Positions 43,068-49,125 of a stretch of 49,125 bases of DNA are shown here, piece by piece; position 1 is the first letter of the stretch, and every line of letters begins with the position of its first letter. Below the pieces are notes generated by a model. The model had not been told where the DNA came from and searched no databases. It saw nothing but the letters and a program-made list of their open reading frames with translations. Location of the stretch: assembly GCA_035249945.1 (NCBI GenBank), contig DATFFS010000033.1, positions 1-49,125 of the forward strand. The letters are read 5' to 3'. The position numbers and the translations under genes were made by a program. Origin of the DNA: Gemmatimonadota bacterium. Its GTDB lineage: Bacteria > Gemmatimonadota > Gemmatimonadetes > JACCXV01 > JAHWKZ01.

Positions 43068-43541
43068 CTAAAGGAGGAGCAAGGCTCCCAGCAGCAGCGC
43101 GGAGGTCAGCCAGTCGATCCAGAGGCACGCGGGGGGGAGATATTGCGGCACGGGGCTTCCGGCTGGGTCCTCGCGGTGGTGCCTGGCGTGCGGCTGGTCG
43201 ACGAGCACGGGGTGGACGAACGCGGCGAGGAAGGCGATCGCCCCCGACGCCCGCAGGCTGAGCACGATCGAGCCCTGAATGCCGTCCAGAAGGGCAAAGG
43301 CCACGACGAGAAAGAGGAGAAAATTGATAGCCAGGTCGCGTTTGAGCCAACCGGTGACGCGCGCCGCCGGCAACTCCTGGATCGCGTAGTACGCGGTCGC
43401 CATCAGCATGACGAGCAGTCCCCACCAGATCGAGAGCCGCGCCACCGTGTAGCCGTACGCCACGCCGGGGGTCAATGCGACCCCTGCCGCGAGCCAGACC
43501 ATCGTCAGGACGACGTACCCGAGGACCGCGCGGCGGATCAC
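43068..43541 (-). CDS. hypothetical integral membrane protein
   Basis: This is the tail of run-on ORF 43068..44534. GTG 43541 overlaps the crotonase stop (GTGA). About 4-5 hydrophobic segments. No recognised family. Confidence 0.45.
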   Translation of the reverse strand: MIRRAVLGYVVLTMVWLAAGVALTPGVAYGYTVARLSIWWGLLVMLMATAYYAIQELPAARVTGWLKRDLAINFLLFLVVAFALLDGIQGSIVLSLRASGAIAFLAAFVHPVLVDQPHARHHREDPAGSPVPQYLPPACLWIDWLTSALLLGALLLL

Positions 43542-44338
43542 CGACCGCGGAACTCCGGCCTGCGCTTCTCGAGGAATGCCCCCGTCCCCTCCTTCATGTC
43601 GTCCGTCCCGCACGCCATGCCGAAGAGGGTCGCCTCCATGTAGAGGCCGTCGTCGAGCCCCATGTCGGAGCCGCGCAGTGTCGCCTCGAGCGCGTACTGC
43701 ACGGCGAGGGGGCCCTTGGAGAGGATCTGCCCGAGCAGCTCGCGGGCAGCATCCGGCAGCTCGTCGGCGGGCGCTATCGCGTTCACGAGGCCCCAGCGAT
43801 GTGCTTCCTCGGCGTCCACCATGCGGCCCGTCAGCACCATCTCGAGCGCGCGGCCCATGCCGACGATCCGCGCGAGCCGCTGCGTGCCGCCGTGGCCCGG
43901 GATCAGACCCAGCTGGACCTCGGGCAGCCCGAAGCGCGCGCTCTCGCTCGCGACCCGCAGGTGGCAGGCGATCGCCAGCTCGCAGCCGCCCCCCAGCGCG
44001 TAGCCGTTGACCGCGGCCACGACGGGCTTGGGACACCCCGCGATCCGCGTGAACGTGGTCTGCCCCTGGAAGGCGAACTCCTTGCCCTGCGTCGCCCCGA
44101 GCCCCGACAGCTCCGCGATGTCGGCGCCGGCCACGAACGCCTTTGCGCCTGCGCCGGTCACGACGATCCCGCCGACCTCGCCGTCGTCGCGGAGCTTCAG
44201 GAACACGTCCTGGAGCTCGCGCTCGGTATCCGAGTTCAGCGCGTTCAGCTTCTCGGGCCGGTTGACCGTCACGGTCGCGATCCGGTCGGCTATCTCGACG
44301 AGCAGGTTTTCGTACGTGTATTCCACGCGACTCTCCAT
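43538..44338 (-). CDS. enoyl-CoA hydratase (crotonase, short-chain type)
   Basis: 266 aa. Motifs: NRPEKLNALN, VTGAGAKAFVAGADI, VNGYALGGGCELAIACHLRV, FLEKRRPEF. Confidence 0.9.
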   Translation of the reverse strand: MESRVEYTYENLLVEIADRIATVTVNRPEKLNALNSDTERELQDVFLKLRDDGEVGGIVVTGAGAKAFVAGADIAELSGLGATQGKEFAFQGQTTFTRIAGCPKPVVAAVNGYALGGGCELAIACHLRVASESARFGLPEVQLGLIPGHGGTQRLARIVGMGRALEMVLTGRMVDAEEAHRWGLVNAIAPADELPDAARELLGQILSKGPLAVQYALEATLRGSDMGLDDGLYMEATLFGMACGTDDMKEGTGAFLEKRRPEFRGR

Positions 44339-44461
44339 CCCCGGCTAGAGTGTGAAAGGCCGACGGATTGTAGCGGGGCGTCCGGACGGCCGGCAACACA
44401 CGCGGGAGGGTCGGACGGGGCGGGGGACGGACTTCTCTGTTCCAGTTAGAGTTGGTGTGCC

Positions 44462-44803
44462 ATGGGGCTCCGGCATCACTACCTCGCCTTGTGCGCCCTC
44501 GGGGGGATTCTGCCCTACTCGCAGTTCCTCCCATGGCTGGACGCGCACGGGCTCGACCTGCCGCTATTCGTCTCCGAGCTGTTTTCCACGCGGATCGGGG
44601 CGTTCTTCGGGATGGACGTGCTCGTGTCGGCCGTCACCCTGTTCCTGTTCATGGCCGTGGAGGGACGGCGTCTCGGAATGCGACGGCTCTGGCTTCCGGC
44701 TCTCGCCACGATCGCGGTCGGAGTGTCCCTTGGCCTTCCGCTCTTCCTGTATATGCGACAGGTGGTGCTGGAGCGGAGCCATTCGGGTCCTGGACCCGCC
44801 TGA
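44462..44803 (+). CDS. small membrane protein, DUF2834-like
   Basis: 113 aa with 3-4 TM segments. LALCALGGILPYSQFLPWLDAHGLDL resembles DUF2834 proteins (from memory). Confidence 0.55.
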   Translation: MGLRHHYLALCALGGILPYSQFLPWLDAHGLDLPLFVSELFSTRIGAFFGMDVLVSAVTLFLFMAVEGRRLGMRRLWLPALATIAVGVSLGLPLFLYMRQVVLERSHSGPGPA

Positions 44804-44823
44804 GCGCGAAATGCGGCCAATCC

Positions 44824-45717
44824 TCAGATGTTGAGGTCCGACGGCACGGGCTCGGCGCCCGAATAGTCGTAGAACCCCTTCCCGCTCTTCCGCCCGTGGT
44901 ACCCCGCCAGGTGCATCTTCCGGAGCAGTGGCGGCGCGGCGTACTCGGAATGCTTGTACTCGTCGAACATGATCTCCGCGATCCGGTACGTCGTGTCGAT
45001 GCCGACGAAGTCGAGGAGCGTCAGGGGGCCCATGGGATGGCCGCAGCCGTGGATCATGCCCTTGTCGATGTCCGCGGTGGAGGCGAGCCCGGACTCCAGC
45101 GCCCGGACGGCCCCGAGCAGATAGGGAACGAGCAGCAGGTTCACGACGAACCCCGAGTTGTCCTTGGCCGCGATCGGGATCTTCCCCAGCGACTCGGCGA
45201 AGGACCACGCCCGCTCGAAGGTCTGCTGGCTCGTCGTCACCGCCTTCACGACCTCGACCAGCTTCATGATCGGCACGGGGTTGAAGAAATGGAGCCCGAC
45301 CATGCGATCCGGCCGCGAGGTGGCCGCGGCCATCTCGACGATCGTCAGCGACGAGGTGTTGGACGCGAAGATCGAGTGCGCGGGGCACAGCTCGTCGAGC
45401 TCGGAGAGCATCGCGTTCTTGACCTCGATGTCCTCGACCACGGCCTCGATCACGATGTCGCAGTCGGCGAGGTCCCCGATCTCGGTTGTGCCGCTCATGC
45501 GCTCGAGCGCCGCCTCGCGATCCGCGGCGGTCATCTTCTCCTTCTCGACCGACTTCTGCATGAACCCGCCGATCTTCTCGAAGGCCTTCTTCCAGTACGC
45601 CTCCTCCACCTCGCGCGCGACGACCTGGTAGCCGGCCTGCGCGCAGACGTGGACGATTCCGCTCCCCATGAGTCCCGTCCCGAGGACGCCCACTTTCTCG
45701 ATCTTCTTCTGGCTCAC
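44824..45717 (-). CDS. 3-hydroxybutyryl-CoA dehydrogenase
   Basis: Run-on ORF 44824..46047 trimmed to GTG 45717, preceded by GGAGGA. Motifs: VGVLGTGLMGSGIVHVCAQAG, ASNTSSL, GLHFFNPV, GFVVNLLL, HGCGHPMGPL. Confidence 0.9.
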   Translation of the reverse strand: MSQKKIEKVGVLGTGLMGSGIVHVCAQAGYQVVAREVEEAYWKKAFEKIGGFMQKSVEKEKMTAADREAALERMSGTTEIGDLADCDIVIEAVVEDIEVKNAMLSELDELCPAHSIFASNTSSLTIVEMAAATSRPDRMVGLHFFNPVPIMKLVEVVKAVTTSQQTFERAWSFAESLGKIPIAAKDNSGFVVNLLLVPYLLGAVRALESGLASTADIDKGMIHGCGHPMGPLTLLDFVGIDTTYRIAEIMFDEYKHSEYAAPPLLRKMHLAGYHGRKSGKGFYDYSGAEPVPSDLNI

Positions 45718-46160
45718 TGTTCCTCCTTGCGACGCGAATGGATGCGCTCGGCACGGCGCGCGATGGAATTCAGGATACGCCTGGTGATCATGCGGTGGCC
45801 GCCGCCGCCGATCACGGCCGCCCGGTAGAGCGCTCCCCGAATGCCGGGAAACTCCGCGTGCGTCACGGCTCGGAGCCGAGAGACCGCGCCCGCGGGCTCG
45901 ATCTCGAACGTGAGCCGGTAGCGACTGAAGCGGTGCCGGCCTTCGAGCGCGAGCCGCCGGGGTGGCTCGGCGGCCGCCACCCGGAAGCCGGCCAGCGTTT
46001 CCTCGGGTGCGGCGTCGAACGCGCCCTCGCTCCCCTGATCGTGGCACTCCAGGAGGCGCGCGAAGCGGCGCGCCCGTGGCCGGTCGAACGCCTCGCGAAG
46101 CGCCTCCGGAAGCGCCGCCCAGACGTCTTCGGCCGACGCGGAAGCGGTCACTTCGTGCAT
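45714..46160 (-). CDS. hypothetical protein, possibly SRPBCC-fold
   Basis: This is the tail of run-on ORF 45714..46544, trimmed to ATG 46160 (MHEVTASASAEDVWAAL...). The GTGA overlap with the downstream hbd start suggests co-translation. The family call is from weak memory only. Confidence 0.4.
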   Translation of the reverse strand: MHEVTASASAEDVWAALPEALREAFDRPRARRFARLLECHDQGSEGAFDAAPEETLAGFRVAAAEPPRRLALEGRHRFSRYRLTFEIEPAGAVSRLRAVTHAEFPGIRGALYRAAVIGGGGHRMITRRILNSIARRAERIHSRRKEEQ

Positions 46161-46210
46161 GTCCAGGTACGGGATCGGCTCGGGATCCGGGCCCGACGCG
46201 AACTCCTTCT

Positions 46211-47401
46211 TCAGGCGGCCTCTACGACGACCGTCGATCCCTGTCCGCCTCCGATGCATGCCGAGGCGAAGCCCAGCCTCGCGCCGCGGCGCTTCATCTC
46301 GTAGAGCAGCGTGATCGTGCAGCGCGTGCCGGTCGCGGCCAGCGGGTGCCCGATCGCGATCGCGCCGCCGTTGACGTTCAGCTTCTCGTGGTCCAGCCCG
46401 AGCTCCTTCATGACCGCGACCGTCTGCGGCGCGAATGCCTCGTTCACCTCGTAGAGGTCCATGTCCTCGAGCGTCAGGCCCACGTCCCCGAGCGCCTTCC
46501 GGGTCGACGGCGCCGGTCCGATCCCCATGATCTTCGGGTCGCAACCTGCGATCCCCCAGCCGAGGATCCGCCCGAGAACCGGGCCGCCCGTTTTCTCCGC
46601 CCGCGCGCGCGTGGTCACGAGCACCGCGGCCGCGCCGTCGACGATCCCCGATGCGTTGCCGGCCGTCACGACGCCGTCCTTCTTGAAGTAGGGCGGAAGC
46701 TTCGCGAGGATCTCAGGCGTCGTCGTCGGCCGCGGGTGCTCGTCGGCGGCGAACTCCTGGTGGCCCTTCTTCGTCACCAGCTCGACCGGAACGATCTCGT
46801 CGTCGAACCTGCCGGCCTCGCGGGCGGCCTGGGTCCGCATCTGGCTCTGGTACGCGTAGTCGTCGACCTCGGCGCGGGTCAGGCCGTACTTGTCGGCCAG
46901 GTTCTCGGCGGTCTCGGCCATGGAGAATCCCGCATAGGGGTCGTAGAGCGACTCCCACAGCAGGTCTCCCATCTTCGACTGACCGAGCGGAATCCCCCAG
47001 CGCGCGCCGCGGATCGTGTGCGGCGCCTGGCTCATGCTCTCCGTACCGCCGGCCAGCACGACCTCGCTGTCCCCCACGACGATCTGCCGGCAGGCCTGGA
47101 TGATCGACTCGAAGCCCGAGCCGCAGAGCCGGTTGACGGTCACGGCGGGGGTCTCGACGGGAAGGCCGGCCTTGAGTCCGATGTGGCGGGCGCAGTAGAT
47201 CGCGTCGCCGGAGGTCTGGAGCGCGTTTCCGAAGACGACATGGTCGACGTCCCCGGCGGCGAACCCCGAGCGGTCGAGCGCGGCCTTGGCGGCCACCACT
47301 CCCAAGTCGTTGGCGGACAAATCTTTGAGCGCCCCGCCGAAGGCGCCGAACGGCGTGCGGACACCGGCCACGAGCACGATGTCGTCGCGGTCGAGCTTCA
47401 T
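46211..47401 (-). CDS. acetyl-CoA C-acetyltransferase (thiolase II)
   Basis: Run-on ORF 46211..47902 trimmed to ATG 47401 (MKLDRDDIVLVAGVRTPFGAFGG). Motifs: VNRLCGSGFESI, NGGAIAIGHPLAATG, CIGGGQG. Confidence 0.9.
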   Translation of the reverse strand: MKLDRDDIVLVAGVRTPFGAFGGALKDLSANDLGVVAAKAALDRSGFAAGDVDHVVFGNALQTSGDAIYCARHIGLKAGLPVETPAVTVNRLCGSGFESIIQACRQIVVGDSEVVLAGGTESMSQAPHTIRGARWGIPLGQSKMGDLLWESLYDPYAGFSMAETAENLADKYGLTRAEVDDYAYQSQMRTQAAREAGRFDDEIVPVELVTKKGHQEFAADEHPRPTTTPEILAKLPPYFKKDGVVTAGNASGIVDGAAAVLVTTRARAEKTGGPVLGRILGWGIAGCDPKIMGIGPAPSTRKALGDVGLTLEDMDLYEVNEAFAPQTVAVMKELGLDHEKLNVNGGAIAIGHPLAATGTRCTITLLYEMKRRGARLGFASACIGGGQGSTVVVEAA

Positions 47402-47514
47402 GGTATGGCTCCTGTTCGGATCGGAGGATGAGCGCGCCGGAGAATCGTCGCATGGCGCGCGGGGCGTAAGGGTCGCCCTCGATCCGGAAAGCGTCAACCG
47501 GCTATTGGCACCTA

Positions 47515-47543
47515 TTGCGAATTTGAACTCACAGCGATAGCGT
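47515..47543 (+). promoter_or_regulatory. candidate promoter of the XRE-nucleotidyltransferase pair (leaderless or near-leaderless)
   Basis: TTGCGA (47515-47520), 17-nt spacer, TAGCGT (47538-47543), with the ATG 7 nt downstream. The inverted repeat GCGATA (47534-47539) / TATCGC (47555-47560) brackets the -10 element and the start codon. Confidence 0.3.
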
Positions 47544-47550
47544 TTCTGGT

Positions 47551-47874
47551 ATGATATCGCGCCTGACTCGCCTCGCCCGGAAGCGTGCCGGGTTGACCCA
47601 GCGCGAGCTCTCGGAGCGGACGGGTGTCCCCCAGCCGGCGATCGCACGGCTCGAGTCCGGCCGCGCTTCCCCACGCGCGGCCACGGTCGAGAAGCTGCTC
47701 GCCGCTTGCGGATTTCGCCTGACGATCGAGCCACGGCGGGGAGAGGGCGTCGACCGGACCGCGATCCGCGAGCTCCTCGATCTGACGCCCGACGCGCGTG
47801 CGCGGCTCGCCGCCGAGGAGGCGAACCGCGTCTCGACCGCGCTATCGCGTTCCCGGCGCGGCACGCGATCATGA
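47551..47874 (+). CDS. XRE-family helix-turn-helix protein (antitoxin-like)
   Basis: 107 aa. LARKRAGLTQRELSERTGVPQPAIARLESG is a canonical Cro/C1 HTH. Its stop overlaps the next gene's start (ATGA). Confidence 0.75.
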   Translation: MISRLTRLARKRAGLTQRELSERTGVPQPAIARLESGRASPRAATVEKLLAACGFRLTIEPRRGEGVDRTAIRELLDLTPDARARLAAEEANRVSTALSRSRRGTRS

Positions 47875-48377
47875 GCCCAGCGGCGTTCGATCCGCTGCGC
47901 ATGCTGGAGGCATTGCGCCGCCACGAGGTGCGCTACGTCCTGATCGGAGGGTTCGCGGGGCGGCTTCTGGGATCGCCCACGGTCACCAACGATCTCGACG
48001 TCTGCTACGCCCGCGACGATCGCAATCTGGAGCGGCTGTCCGACGCGCTGCGGGAGCTCGGAGCGCGGCTTCGTGGCGTCGATGACGACGTGCCCTTCCT
48101 TCTGGACGCTCGGACTCTTCGGGCGGGCGATGCCTTCACGCTCGTCACCGATGCAGGCAATCTCGACGTCTTCGCCTATCCATCCGGATCCGGGGGATAC
48201 GAGACACTCCACCGGACGGCGGAGACGTTGGACATCGACGGCCATCCCGTGTCGGTGGCCGCCGTCGAGGACCTGATCCGCATGAAGCTCGCCGCCGGCC
48301 GCCCCAAGGATCGCGTGGAAGTTGAGATCCTCAGCGCCCTCCAGGACGAGATCGAGAGAGGAATCCGCCCCGACTGA
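47871..48377 (+). CDS. minimal nucleotidyltransferase-fold protein (Pol-beta superfamily; toxin-like partner of the XRE protein)
   Basis: ORF 47706..48377 trimmed to ATG 47871. GGFAGRLLGSPTVTNDLDV fits the G-[GS]-x(9-13)-D-x-D NTase motif. 168 aa. Confidence 0.6.
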   Translation: MSPAAFDPLRMLEALRRHEVRYVLIGGFAGRLLGSPTVTNDLDVCYARDDRNLERLSDALRELGARLRGVDDDVPFLLDARTLRAGDAFTLVTDAGNLDVFAYPSGSGGYETLHRTAETLDIDGHPVSVAAVEDLIRMKLAAGRPKDRVEVEILSALQDEIERGIRPD

Positions 48378-48420
48378 GCCGGGAGACTTCAACGCTTCCG
48401 CGCTGGAACGTGTCTTTCCC

Positions 48421-48984
48421 ATGACGATGCCCGGCTGCGACAGAGACCTGGTGCTGGACGCGCTGCGGGGCCGGACGGTCGCCTTCGAGGCCCTCGTGCG
48501 GCGTCACCTGAGGGCGGCCTACGCGGTCGCGCTGGCCCGGACCGGCAGCCCGCACGACGCCGAGGACGTCTGCCAGGACTCCTTCATCGCCGCGCTCGAG
48601 CGGCTGAAGAGCCTGCGCGATCCGGACCGCTTCGGTCCCTGGCTCCTCGAGATCGTTCGCAACCGGGCGCTCAACCTGATCCGCTCCCGGCGCGTGCGAG
48701 AGGCGGAGCCGATCGAGGCGGCCGACCGGCGCGGTGGCGGAACGGATCCGGGGCGCGAGGCCGAGCGCTCGATCCTGCGGGAGGACCTGCTGGACGCGCT
48801 GGAGCGGCTCGACGAGACCCGCCGCGAAGTCGCGCTCCTCCACGACGTCGAGGGGTGGCGGCACGCGGAGATCGCCGAGTGGATGGGAATGCCGGTAGGA
48901 ACGGTCCGCTACCACCTGCACGAGGCCCGGAAGACGCTGCGCGAGCGCCTGGCGATGCGGTACGGAAAGGAGACCCCCGGATGA
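48421..48984 (+). CDS. ECF sigma-70 factor (RpoE-like)
   Basis: ORF 48322..48984 trimmed to ATG 48421. Region 2 is AEDVCQDSFIAALERL...FGPWLLEIVRNRALN. Region 4 is HDVEGWRHAEIAEWMGMPVGTVRYHLHEARKTLR. Confidence 0.85.
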   Translation: MTMPGCDRDLVLDALRGRTVAFEALVRRHLRAAYAVALARTGSPHDAEDVCQDSFIAALERLKSLRDPDRFGPWLLEIVRNRALNLIRSRRVREAEPIEAADRRGGGTDPGREAERSILREDLLDALERLDETRREVALLHDVEGWRHAEIAEWMGMPVGTVRYHLHEARKTLRERLAMRYGKETPG

Positions 48985-49125
48985 ACGACGATCAGGATCC
49001 GACCTGGGCTCCGCTCGATCCCTCGCGGGACCCGGAGCGCTGGGAGTCGATGGTGCGCGGGATCGTCGAGCGCGCAGCGCCGATCCTGGCCGGCTACGCC
49101 GCCCGCGGTCCGGTCGACTTCCTGG
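48981..49125 (+). CDS. probable anti-sigma factor, N-terminal fragment (continues beyond the window)
   Basis: ATG 48981 overlaps the sigma-factor stop (ATGA), and the frame is open to the window end (MNDDQDPTWAPLDPSRDPERWESMVRGIVERAAP...). The call is by position only. Confidence 0.35.
   Translation, partial: MNDDQDPTWAPLDPSRDPERWESMVRGIVERAAPILAGYAARGPVDFL

Overview
Visibly very GC-rich bacterial chromosomal segment (G+C not computed; the long Arg/Pro/Gly-rich shadow ORFs on non-coding strands are typical of such genomes). It is densely packed with about 50 protein genes, many joined by 1-4 nt start/stop overlaps. The gene content is reminiscent of Gemmatimonadota/Acidobacteriota-like bacteria: an ECF sigma factor next to a Ser/Thr kinase with a TPR tail, a cyclase-TolB-TPR protein, many lipoproteins, and BNR and YVTN propellers. 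This placement is inference only. The dominant theme is acyl-CoA metabolism in separate modules: EtfBA, a glutaryl-CoA-dehydrogenase-like ACAD, an aldehyde dehydrogenase, five crotonase-family genes, two 3-hydroxyacyl-CoA dehydrogenases and two thiolases. Also present are nadA, queD/queC flanking a pteridine-reductase-like SDR, a vapBC module, an XRE-nucleotidyltransferase pair, PhoH2 and two ECF sigma factors. I recognised no rRNA, tRNA, CRISPR array, IS element or integrase. The stand-out is the only large non-coding gap (26.63-28.09 kb). On its minus strand there is a near-consensus sigma70 promoter followed by about 1.1 kb with no credible ORF. That stretch is full of GNRA/UUCG-capped hairpins and internally repeated sequence modules. 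A 12-bp helix pairs the predicted 5' end to the 3' end, and the unit closes with a textbook intrinsic terminator. This is a candidate large structured non-coding RNA that I cannot assign to any family I know.
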